Below, in pieces: positions 1 to 12,500 of a DNA stretch of 64,000 bases. Location: NCBI GenBank assembly GCA_013239625.1, contig MU053561.1, positions 2,826-66,825 of the forward strand. The letters run 5' to 3'. The DNA is from Lama guanicoe (lineage: Eukaryota). The notes beneath the pieces are model-generated. The model searched no databases, was not told where the DNA came from, and saw nothing but the letters and a program-made list of their open reading frames with translations. Made by a program: the position numbers and the translations under genes. How positions within the stretch are numbered: position 1 is the stretch's first letter; each line of letters starts with the position of its first letter.

Positions 1-96
1 CAGGAGTTGATTGAATGGCAAAAATAATACACACGCATGCATATGACATGATATGGAACATATGAAATGGATTGTGAAAGTGGGGGAGGAATAAAC

Positions 97-102
97 TTTA
101 TT
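97..102 (-). terminator. Candidate poly(A) signal AATAAA in short-isoform 3'UTR
   Basis: tttatt on + strand about 310 nt past the stop; use unproven. Confidence 0.35.
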
Positions 103-409
103 GGCCCATAGAAGGGATGAGAGAATAAGGAGGGAGGGCTGGGGAGAAGAATGAATATGGGTGGGAAAACTAAAATGGAATGATTTAAAATGTGTAAATA
201 TACTTTGTAGCCTTCACCATTCACCTTCGTGATAGATACGTACAGGGAAATACAGGCAGACTACAGTGAGTTTCACTTTGTAGCTGATGCTGCTTGTACC
301 AGTTCTATCATTAGTAAGTCACCATTTAATTCTGCCACAGCCAGACAAGGCTCTCTGGTTAGTGCAAACAAGGCTCTCCATCCTGGGCCGCAGCCTGGCC
401 CGCCAGTGC

Positions 410-584
410 TCAGAAGGCATGCTTGTGACGAACTCGCACGCTTCCCAGTTCCCCACCTCCAATGGCAGCCAGGCTCTCCAGCCTACTTAAGCGCTCCAGG
501 CTTCTTCCAAGAACTTCTTCTAGCCGACCGCGTAGCACCTGGGCCCCTTCCAGTTCCACCTGCAGAGTTCGGTCTCTCTCAGAG
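410..584 (-). CDS. PDE4DIP: Composite exon SERDRTLQVELEG...LAAIGG; long isoforms splice at 457 (G|GTGGGG), short isoform reads through to GELGSVRVRHKHAF-stop
   Basis: AATCAG acceptor; TGA at 410-412; tail resembles recalled human short-isoform C-terminus. Confidence 0.9.
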
Positions 585-3500
585 CTGATTACATGGAAGG
601 AAAATGGATTAGCCATCAACGTAATGAGTCCATAGATGCTTCCAAAGAGCCATCAGTACCACTCGGAGCCATGAGATTTTTGGAGTAATTGTTCTCTAGG
701 ACACAATAAATGAATGTAGTCTTTGTTGTGGCACTTGTGTTCACTGCTGGCAGATTAGCAAGGCCCGCTTCCTTTAAAGCTTGTCCCTTTATCCTAGATT
801 CTGGGCCAATCTCACATAAAATTATAGTTCCTAATATGTATCTCACACCCGTATATTCCACTAAGAGAAATTTAACCTTTTGACTAAAAGCGTTAAGTTT
901 CTGAAAAACCAAAACCCAGGAAAAACTAAACACAGACTGAAGCAATTCTGAGCCAAGCAGGGCTGCTACTGAAGATATTTGTTTTCTCATGTGTTAACCA
1001 AACTTGAAAATGCTCTGAGAAGGAATCCAGTTCACAGGGACCAAAGATCCAGACATTCTTTAAAAAGGAACATAATCAAGTCGTCCTATTGTACCTTTCC
1101 TCTGCTTTCATTTTCTTGAACTAAAGAGAAAAAAATTTTTTCACTCAACAATAAATTAGAAGAAACTGGAGCAAAAGAATAAAAATTAGGAAAGAGAAAA
1201 AGGGGCTGGTGGGAAGGCAATATGAGAAAAAAAATTAAGGGAATATAAATGAGCCAGAAGGATATAATATACATGACCAAAAAGCAAGAGGTACAAGAAA
1301 ATATATTCCTCATGATGGCTATCAGTAATCCTGGGGTGATATTAGCCATAACGACAAATACATTTTCTTCAGTGATATTCAATGAATATCAGTGCCCTTT
1401 ATAGCCTGACTCTTATGATGAAGCAGAGAAAAGAAGGGAACTTATACTGAGTGCTTACTATATGCAAGGCATTATTTTAGACAGCTGACACATCTAATTT
1501 GATCTTTCCAACAGCTATACAAAACAGGCCGTATTCTTGATTTAAACTTTAGACACTGAGGCTCAGAGCAATCGACGCAACAAATGACAAATTGGGCAGT
1601 CCCAGTAACTGCTTTCTTATTCTCTCCCTTCATATATTGTAAGCATCTGCACTTAATGAGAAATAAAGGGAAAAATGGTGTAGCCACTCCCTTACCTCTC
1701 TGGATGGGCATGGAACTTCACTAGGCTGCTATAGAGCTGTCTCTCTGCTTGTAAGGCCTCATTGAGCCGACTCCGTTCATCTACCAGACCTTCCAGCATC
1801 AGCAGCAACTGAGGGGAAGAAAACAAAAGCAATGCGCAAATGGAGATGTGAGACATGAAGCCACAGTTAATCCTGAGAAAGAGACCCAGACAATGTATTT
1901 GCATGTACTATGACTCAAAAAGCTCACGATCTTATCACTGACTTAACTGTTCTACAGTGTGTTACAGTTTTCAAATCATTGTCATATTATCTTTTTTTTT
2001 TAATCCTTAAAGCTCTATAAGGGAGAATTCAAAATGGGAGCAAGAAGAAAAAGAGAGAAGCCAGAAGCACAGGAAAGAGAGAGGAGTAGAAGAGAAAGCA
2101 AGGGAGGGCACGAGGGAAACACACACGAGGACTTACGAGCACTCTTCATTCATTCAAAAATATTTATTGAGCACCTTCTATGTGTCAGACTCTGTTCTAG
2201 GGATAAGCTTACTATCTAGCGGGAAGAAAAGATTCATTTTCATCAGTCACATTCAATTCATCAGTCACAGACACGTGTCCTGTGAGCTATAACAGCACTA
2301 TGAAGAAGATGAGCTGTGACAGTGCACAACCAGCAGAGATGTGTTTAAGTGAACTAGCAGAGTGAAAAGCCAGACGGGAGTGAGGTGAGTAGTCAGTGAG
2401 AGAGATGATACTAGAGATGGGGTGGGGGTGGAGTACCGGCTAACAGATCTTTTCAGCAAGTTTGGCGCTGAAGAAAGGTCAGATATGGGGCGGTAGCTAC
2501 AAAGGAGCTACACATGTTAGAAAGGAGCATGTGTGGCTGCTACGGACCAAGGCAGGGAACTTGAGGGCACAGACTGTCTATGAAATTCCACCAACAGATA
2601 CCTTCCTAAGTAACTACACTGACAGCTCTTCCATTGTTTATTTCACAGTAAAAATAAGGTTTCTGCTCCAATAACTTACCTGTTGTCTTCGGTTTCCAGA
2701 AGCTTCCTGACCCTGTGATTCTACTGAAGCAACTTTTTCCCGAAGAAGTAAGACTTCTTGGGTCAGGCGTTCCATAGCTGGTATGTCTTCAGGATCAACC
2801 AGCTGCATCTGCAGGTCCTAAAAGTCAAAAAACAAGTACAGTAAGAAAAATGCTATTCAGCAGAGGAACAAAGGAACAAATGCCCCTGAAACAGTCTGCT
2901 CTACTTTTAAATGGGATATTAACAAGCCATATGAAGGTAATGATATCTTCTTTATGACATCTTAGCAAGTCTGATGTAAGTCAAAGAGAATATGGTAACA
3001 TCAAGAGGCTCAGACTAACAGCGCATCAAGAAAATAAGCACTGGCCACGGGACTCAACGTATCCACACGTTGTCTGAAGATGCCCTACAGGTAGTCTGAG
3101 CTGTAATCACGCCCAGTGGTCTTTAAAAAGCTCTGAAAGACCTTGATGAGGTCTTCTTTAATCTGCATGTTCCTGGTCAGGGACTCCATATCAGCAGCCT
3201 GCACCTGCAGCTCTTCCTCCTGCACAGCCATCATGGACTGGAGGGCAGAAAGTTCCATCTGTGGAGGAAAGAAATCCTGGAGTCAGTGGGTAGAGGAAAC
3301 AGTATGTGTCACAGTTACATTTTAACACTGAAGCAAATGTTTTTCCATATCATGTCACTATCAGCCAGTAATGCAAATAAAAGCCAGAGCATGAACAGTG
3401 TGCTACTGGATCGGATCAATAAGCCACACTCTGTGGTACCCAAGGCTGCTTTATGGGAAGCTGTAACATGGTTTAATGATGCCCTCCACTTTTGTTAGCA

Positions 3501-6500
3501 CTATAAAGCATACCAAATTTGTTTAATAAATGCGTGTATTATACTACCTAAAAAATGAGTTACCATGAGCAGATGCACGAATAGATGTTTTTCTTCATAT
3601 AAGTATTTCGGCTAATAGATGAAAAAATTGATAAAACAGCTCCACTTTTGCAGACCTTAATGAATTAATGTCAGCTGTCTAAAATAATGGCATTGATCAT
3701 CAATAGTTAACATCACAAGAGGTCACCAAACACCATACACCTCCTGATGGAAGAACACGCCACCACCGATGAAGAAGTCCTATCAAAAGTTAACACTGTA
3801 GGCCCTAAACTTTCAATGTTGTATCTTCCATCTCTCCTCACCAGAAAATGACAGCCAAATGATTTTACTATGACAAATTTCACTAAAAATCATGAATAAT
3901 TACCACAGCTGCCAGCATTTACTAGGGGCTTACTGTGTTTCAGGCCTTAATAAATACTGAATAGATTTAATCCTTTAAACAAACCTAGTGACCGGCTCCT
4001 GCCTACTTCTCCAGCTTCAATACCTATAGCATTTTCCACCTCATTCATGAATCTCTAGGCACGCTGGACTTTTCCTGTCAGGAATACCAGACTTTCTTTT
4101 GACTCAGAGCCTTTGCAGAGCCCACTATTCCCTCCGCCTGAAATACCTTCCCCAGAGTTGCCTCCTTCTCATCTCTGAGCCCCAGCTTACACATCTGCTC
4201 AGAGAAGCCTTCTCTGGCCACTCTATCTCCCACAGTCCTCATCCAAGTTATTGTCTATTATTTCCCTCATATTGCTTATGCCAATCAGTAATTGTATTAT
4301 GTATCATCTGTTACCTCCCTACTAGAAATTGATTACATGGGGTCAGGGGCTCTCTTGATCTTGTTCCCTGCTCATCCCCACCACTTGCCCTGGCTTAGAG
4401 AAGGTCCCCACACAGCTGATGAATGAATGAGTGAGTGAATGCTCCCAACAACCCTATAGGATAACGATCTTCTGCTCCTCAATTTCCAGATGAGGTGGCT
4501 GAGGCTGTGAGAAATTCAGGAACTTGTTTAAAAATCACAGAGCCAGTAAGTGGTAGATCCAGGATGTGAACTCAAGGAAGTGGACTCAGAGCCACTAGGC
4601 TACGTCTGATATTTTTCATGGTAATTGCAAGTTATTTGTAAGTAAACATTTTAAGGAAATATTTTGAGGTAATTAAAAAAACAGTTGTGACAAGTGAAGA
4701 TGGATGACACACAGCTAGTTTAAGGTATAATTAAGCTTCCTAAAGGAAGCAGTGTCTTTTTCTTTAAGTTTATAAAGTGTAAGTAATAAGCGATAAAAAT
4801 TCTACTTGTGTACCTTCTAATTCCATCAATGCTTAGATCACCACTGTGTGGGCTCATGATGATATATAACTATATCAAGGCATTTGATGGTTCTGGGCTC
4901 CTGCGGCAGGTGAGGAGGAAATGCTCCTCACATTTCCTTCCTTGCTGAAGGAGCTCAGTTAGTGTAAATCCTGACCTCTTCTCCACCCTGTTCCTCACTC
5001 AGCCCCAGCCAGGCAAAGGGACTGAACAGTTCACAGGGGAGGAATAAACCAGGCATGCCTGACATGGTTCCACCCTTCCTTTTCTTGGGAGGTGGCTGCC
5101 TGTAGGAAGCCTGCTTTTCCACGGCTTCCCCAGGGGCAGGCTCTTCCCTACCACACAGTGTCGTCTGCTGAGGCCCAGGGCTGCCTGCCCGGGTAGACAA
5201 GTCTACCTAATTCTGGGGACCAGCCAGCAGGGCCATGGGCTCTTGCATTAAGTTCTCTACCTCAGCCTTTACCAGTAATACAGCTGATAAAGTACCAAAC
5301 TATCTGCCACTACTTTGTTTCATTTCTCACTTTGTTCAGATCCTGGGGATGGAAGAAAGGGTGCTATTTATTAGGCCCTCTTCAGAGACCTCTGCCATTT
5401 TATATCCAGGTATTTGCTCCATGGAAGAAAAATGAAAGCATGAGGGAAAAAACCATTATTGCAGCCTGGTGAAGGTCTGCAGTTAGACAGACCTGGGTTT
5501 TAAGTCTTGGCATAATCTCCCTGACAAGGCATTTAAACTGAGCTTCAGTTTCCTCAGTCGTAAAATGGGAATAGCAGCTACCTTTCAGGGCTACGTCAGA
5601 ATAGAGAAAATGTATCTAAAGTGCGTGGCATGTAGCAGGCAATCAAAGAATGATAACTATTACTACCACCACTACTATTGTCTCAAGAGGGTGGGGGGGT
5701 ATTTAAAAACCTGGGAGATTCTACATGGCTGTTGGTAAAGTCCTATTACTAGAGGGCATGTAAAGATGAACATGTATGGCACTGCACTGAGAAGTTGTAG
5801 CTGATTAAGAACACATAAGGCTGTGCAATACAGCTCGCTCAATATAGCCATTTTTTCTTTTAAACAATATTTTTCAAAACATCCATTTATTGTCATTCTA
5901 ATTCTGTGATCCTGAAAACAGGAGAGAACCAAGAGGAACACTACTCTTAACTGAGTCCATTGAGATAAACAGGAACAGCATGTGGAAGCTGAAATATCTC
6001 ACATAATGACAAGGGTAGAACCAGATAAGAGGAGGGGAACCAGAGGATTCTAAAGGTCACACGATTTCCTATCCTCAAAACTTGAGTCATATGACATGAG
6101 TCTGTTTGTAGGGAGAAACGTGGTAATGAAAAGAGAGATTAAGAGGGACAGTAAGATAGTGTCATTACAAATATGAACACAGCCTTTATTGTACAGACCC
6201 AACCGTGGCAGAGCTGGAACAAGACTGCGGAGCTACAGAGACCAGCCAGCTAGACTTAGCTGAGGAGCCCAGGACACTGGCTGACCTACAATAGAGGCCA
6301 CGGCAGCATGAAGGCTTGTAGTTTTAGTCTGGAACTCTGCATGGTGGCCCAAATGCTTCTACATCATAGCTGGACATAAGCTAGCTGTGTAAGGAGGCAG
6401 AAGGGGAAAGGGTTCTGTAAGGCGGAGAGGCCTCTTCAAAAAAAAACTGATGAAAACTCTATTGCTAGAAATAAGAGCATGAGAATGGGGAAAATTATCT

Positions 6501-9500
6501 GCACCAAGAAATGACTTCTTAGGGAAGTATTTTGAGTCACTAAAGACTTGAGTCTAAGTGACTGAAGTCTTAGCTTCAGCATTTTTTACTTGTATAACTA
6601 TTCCCCACCTACACATTAAAAAAAAAAAATCAGTGTTTCAGCTTCCTCATCTATAAAATGGGGCCAATGCCACTTACTTTGCAGAGTTATACTAGTGCTA
6701 ATTTAAGCACCCAGCAGAGTGCACTGCATGTAGCAAGTTCTCAATAAACATTATGCATCTTCTCAGATTTCTCTTGTTCCATGTTCTAAAGCTAATTTCA
6801 TGGATCTAATGTCATAATTCTAAGCAACAATTATATAACACTTCGTTTTTTCACAAGTCCTTTGTAATTATTTTATTACATTTAGCAATGGGCAAAGAAA
6901 GCTGTGTTTTTCCAACACTTGGAAAGTTTTAATGGTCCCCATTTATTAAAAACAAGAGCATCTTGGTGACATAATGTATAAATACAGCAATTTCTATTTT
7001 TCTTCAGAAAGAAAAAACGACCCAATTTGCATTTGGACCCAGATATTATACTTGGAGAATTTTACTCTTTTAAATATAAACTATTTTCTTAAAAAATAGG
7101 AATTCAGAAATTAGACTTGACTAGAAAACTCACCCGACTTTCTCTCTCTTTTTTTGCCATGAGCTCAAGTTCCTCTTTGGCATTGCTCAGTTCTTTTTCC
7201 AGCCCTGCAATTGTATCCAAGTCTCCTAAAAATGAATATATAGTGCTAATTTTCATCAGTATTAACATAATGTGATTTCTGCTGCCTTGTTTCTGAGCAA
7301 TTTACTCTAAGACACAATTCAACAACAACAAAACATATATGCATAAGTGGTTCTTTGAAGCATTATTTGTAATAGCAAAATACTGCAATCAACCTACATG
7401 TCTATTAAAAAAAAAACTGAACAAAGCAGAGTATATCCACATGATGATGTACTACATAGAGCTGTAATTAAGAATGAGGAGTATCTTTATGAACTGATGT
7501 GGAGTGATTTCCAAGATTTATCATTAAGTACAACAAGCTGGGTACAAAAGAATACATCTAGTGCAATGTGTTTCACATTAGGAAAAGGGGGAAGCAAGAA
7601 CACACACATCTCATATACACAAGGGGTGACTCTGTCTGCTTATGTCTGCAAAAAGAAACACAGGAAGGATAACTCAGAAATGAAACTGCTTGCCTTCAGG
7701 GAAACAGGAAAGAAATTAGGAGGAAAGGAAGTAGATGGGACTTTGGAGTATACGTTTCTATACTTTTGAGCTCTGAAGCATGTTAATGTTTTATAATTAA
7801 TGTGTAAAGTTATTCAACAAGGAGGAAGAAAAAGCCTAAAAAACAAATGCTAACATAAGTAAATGAACCTAAACAGCAAATGGATAACTATCCAGCAGAT
7901 AATTAAAATAAATATGTATATCTCCAAATAATTTTTGAACTCAGTATTCTTTTTCAAAGGTATCTTCTCATTTCTTTTCTGTAGATTTTCATTTGCTTTT
8001 AAAACAAAACTCTAATAAGAACAGAACCACAGAAAACATTCTTTTAATCTGAATCAGCTGTATTTTCAAAAACAAAAATTGAAAAGCTCAGTTTTTCCAG
8101 AAACAAACTGCCCTGGGAGTGATGCCACTGAATCAGACACTGAGGAATGAAATCAGTATTCTAACTGTGCATCCTCAGTAGGAAATATTCTAAGGATAAA
8201 AAGAAGTAAATTTTAAAAACATTATTTAAAAGACTTACTGTTGATAGTGGTATTCAAGTAACAACTCTGAAATATTTTTTGTGTTTTGTGAAAATGTATA
8301 AATATGGCGATGTTATAGGTAATCAGGTTTCTCAATGTTGGGAGAAGGCAGATACAAATAGGAAAAAAGAGGAGAAAGAACTTACGCTGTTACACGGAAT
8401 TAGAGGAATCAGTATCAAATGGAGACATATAAACATCCTCAGCCCTGTTCACGTAAAAGGGCCTAGAAGCAAATGACATACCTGTAGCTATGAACCCATC
8501 TTACACTCAGATATTAGTATACAAATGCCATGAGCCACTAAAAGGAAACTTGAAGTAACGGAAAATTTCAGGGCTGAGGCAGGCAAAGTAAAAGGTGACC
8601 ACGAACACCTTATTGTGCCAGAAGGTGGAGAAGTGCTCAAAAACTGATGGGGAAATAGTGAAAGGACAGAGGAACAGCTTCAAGGGGCTCCAATTGGCCA
8701 AATCTGGGATAACTTGGTCCTCAAATGGAATAATGACAGAAATGGATAATAAAATGATTTTTAAAAACCCATTAGTCCACACTGACATATATAAACAAAT
8801 GGAGTAGGAAGGATAGAGAAAGGGCATGTCTCCTTTAGAAAAGAACACACACTAATAAAGAAGTTTTAGAAATAGAAAATCACTTTTTTAAGCTACCAAT
8901 GTAATAGTTGGTTCAAGCAAGCTCAAAGAATGCTGAAACCACTGGATGAATGACTGTGGGAAAGCAGAACTGTCCACATCTCAAGGTCTTTGCCGGCAGA
9001 TCAGTTATTAATCACAAAGGGGAAAATGAGCCTTTATAGTGGAGAGATCTGGCAGACACAACCCTAACCAGATGACAAAACTTAGTATTACCAAGAATAA
9101 TAAACCTGACACCACATGCTCCTGACGTGATGCCCTGAGGGAAGACGTCATCCGTGTAATATTCTTGCCAAATATGTCTAACTTGAATCTAACCACGGGG
9201 AAACAGTCAGAGCCAGACGGAGGGCCATTAGCTGGCCCGGAGTTTTAAAAAATACCAATGTCAAAAAAGACAGAAAAAAAAGGCTAAAAAATTGTTCTAG
9301 ATTAAAGGAGACTAAAGAACCACAAGGAGGTGCAATGCCTGATCCCTGAGGGAAAGCAACCAGCTGTCAAGAACATTACTGGGACAGTGGCAACTCTGAA
9401 TATAGACTGTATTTTAACACTAGGACTATATTACAGCTAAATTTCCTGAGAGTGATAATTACATCGTAGCTAGCTAGAAGAGCACCCCTGTCTTAGGAAA

Positions 9501-12500
9501 CACATGATGAAATGTTAAGGGATGAAGTATCATGTCTGTAAGTAATTTTTAAATGGTCCAGAAAAAACATGATATCTGTGTGTGTGTGTGTGTGTGTGTG
9601 TGTTGTACATGCAAGAAATAATGCAAAAGTGGCAAAATGTTAACAACTGGTGAGTCTTAATAAAAGTGTGTATGGGTATTCACTGTAGTATTTTTGTCAC
9701 TTTTCTATAGGTTTGAAGTTTTCAAAATAAAAGATTAGAAATGGTGCTTTTTAAAAAAAGGTAAGTAAGGAGTAAATTAAACAAATCCAGCATTCTTTAC
9801 TCTTCGAGTTTCCCACTAAAAATGACTATACTTGCATGACTCACCTACAGAATTCCATAGTGCCCTACACTGTAACACAGACACAAAGTTGTTACATTCT
9901 TAAAATCATTAAAAAAAAAATCATAGGTTAATTCTCCAAGTCCACAACATAGCACAGTACTCTCCTCTGCATTAATCATGGTGAGCCCCTACTTCTGGAA
10001 CTCACCGGGTAAGTTTTTGAAGCTTCCCTAGATCCCAACCTTTTGATCTGTGAAAGTCAAAGACTCCAATCCAAAGCACCCATTGGAGTTTGCTCCCACC
10101 ATGCACAGAATTTGGCTGTTCTTGGGGAGTCCAAGGCCTACTACCATCTCTTGGACGAGGTGGACAAACGACTCACTGTACACTGCCTACCCCTCCCAAC
10201 ACTCTAGTGCAGGTTATGTCACATTACAGTGAGTAGCCTCAGCCTGCTTAAAAGATACCCAGGAGGAGGTGTCAGCCCCATGGTCCTGCTGCGTAGGTTA
10301 GGAAATACTACCGCCTGCATTTCTGAATCCCTGCAAAGCTATCTGAAAAGAAGAATTAGAATGCAGCTTCCCCGGGTCAAATCATGTAGCCAAAGTAATA
10401 GCTTTAATTCAAGATCAGAACATAGAACATACATATCTTTAGCCTTTCAGTGAAATCTAAACTTATTTTTTCCATTAAGGCAAGGGGAGAGAGTCTTGGC
10501 CAATCCTACCAACAGAGAATTACAGGAAGGAAATAGAGAACGTTCCCTAATGAAAAGAAATATGATACTTACCCAGTGAGGACCTGGGTATGCTGGTATC
10601 CCCTCTGGCAGTCAATGAAGTGCTATCATCTCTGGAGGGTATGTGCATTGAACCCTAAAAATTGGAAGAGTCAGGGGATTTAGGAAGATGCAGAAACCAC
10701 AATCACAATAACAAGGACTTGGAACGTTTCTCAAACAACTTGGTAGTAAAATTATCACACTTATGCCTCAGATGTAAAAAAGAACATGCAGTTGGCATAA
10801 ACATCTACCCAAGTCTATAGTTCTCACTTGATCAGTCTGCTCTCCAAGATGGGGGTTGATGGAGGTGACTTCAGCTGGTCGGTTAGAGTCGAATGCTTGG
10901 GACACCATGAAATCCTTTCCTCCTAAATACTGGCGCAAGGCCTGTAATTCTGAATTTCTTTCCATTAGGGCTTGTACCATCTTTTCTGCAGCAGCCTAGG
11001 AAGGAAATCATGTATGACATTAGAGAGATATTCTAACAAAACAAAATTTGTGTTCTGATGGCATTTGTTAAAAGCCAACCATTTAAGAAAAGCCAGTAGG
11101 GCCCTAAGAAATAGTTTCCTTGCTTTCACTTGACAGGGAAAAACATAGTCGGTGAGTGGAAAGAAAGTCTCTCATAGGCAGAATATTGGAAAAAATGGGA
11201 GTATAACATGTATATTACAGACAAAGTAATCTAAAATTGGTTCTGCTTGTAAGTATCAGGCTAAAGTATTAAGATTCTGGTTTGAATCGGGGAACAGATG
11301 TCTTCCTTTACTCTGGGATCCATGTACCTTTGGCCTGGATATTTTCTGCCCAAACATTTGTTAGGTTTGCCCCCTTTGGGTCTTTGCCAAATGTCAGTTT
11401 ATCAGATTAGTCTTTTCTGCATATCCTATCTAGAACAGGAATCTTTTCTCTACTCCCACTTCCCCTTGTCATGCTAAATTTTTTTACAGTGCACTTACCA
11501 GTAATCAACACACCTATTTATTCTCTATCTCTCTCTCCCTCAACTGAATGCAAGTTTTCGGAGGGCAAGTACTGCAATGTTTTGTTCAGTGCTGAATTCC
11601 AAGCACCCAGAACAGTGTCTGATACACAGTAGGTACTTGATACTTAGACACTGGATACATATTTATTGAATGAATCAATTACATAAAAACATTTTATCAG
11701 ACTACATGATCAGGAGAATCTGAACCTCAAAATCACCAAACCCAGTTTATTTCATTTCAAATCCCACAGTTTTTTAAGATGGATGATGGCAAAATAAGGA
11801 AAAGATCTAGAACATTTTTTGTGACCATTACCACATAGAAACTCTGCATTAATCAGAAAATCTAGAAAAGATAAACTAAGGCTAAAATCACTGAGGGTAT
11901 AAGATGAATACATTAGCTATATTATAGCATCAACTGTCTCCAGAGAGGATTACTATGATTTAAATCAGAAATCACAAGAGCTCAGCTGCTAAGGGAAATA
12001 AAAGACCCACCTTCCAGTTTCAGTATGTAAAATTCAGGATTTAGACATAACCATCTTAGAGATAACAGTACATTATTAATTTGCCTTAAAAAAAAAAAAC
12101 GCCGTGGACATTACTATGGGAAGAAGCAGAGTAAATAATACACAAGATGTCTTGTGTCATACATAGGGTCTACCCAGCGTGGTGTTCTTTTCTAGCAGTG
12201 GTTTTAGCACTGCTCCTCTGAGTGTGGTTCCTGGACCCACAGCCTCACCATCATCTGGACGGTGCTTGAGTCCAGCCTCTACCTCTTAAATTCTGCCTCT
12301 GGGGGTGAGCTTGGGAATCTGTTTTTAAAAAGCTGTTCAAGTGATTCTTCTGCATACAAAATTTGAGAAGCAGATCTAGAAGAATACAACTATTACTCTT
12401 CTTCTTGAGTTGAAAATCTTTTGCAATTTCAGTCATTTCCTAGGTTCCACTATTTTACCACCAGGGGTATATTAAGGGTAATAAGACCAATTCTTTGAAG

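Noticed and set aside
2239..2269. Small tandem duplications (ttcatcagtcaca twice; also near 20452-20495 and 43596-43620)
   Set aside because: Ordinary slippage duplications, mostly within old repeats
5192..5207. 7-bp hairpin ggtagac-aa-gtctacc and similar short inverted repeats (4911-4930)
   Set aside because: Too short to separate from chance in 64 kb
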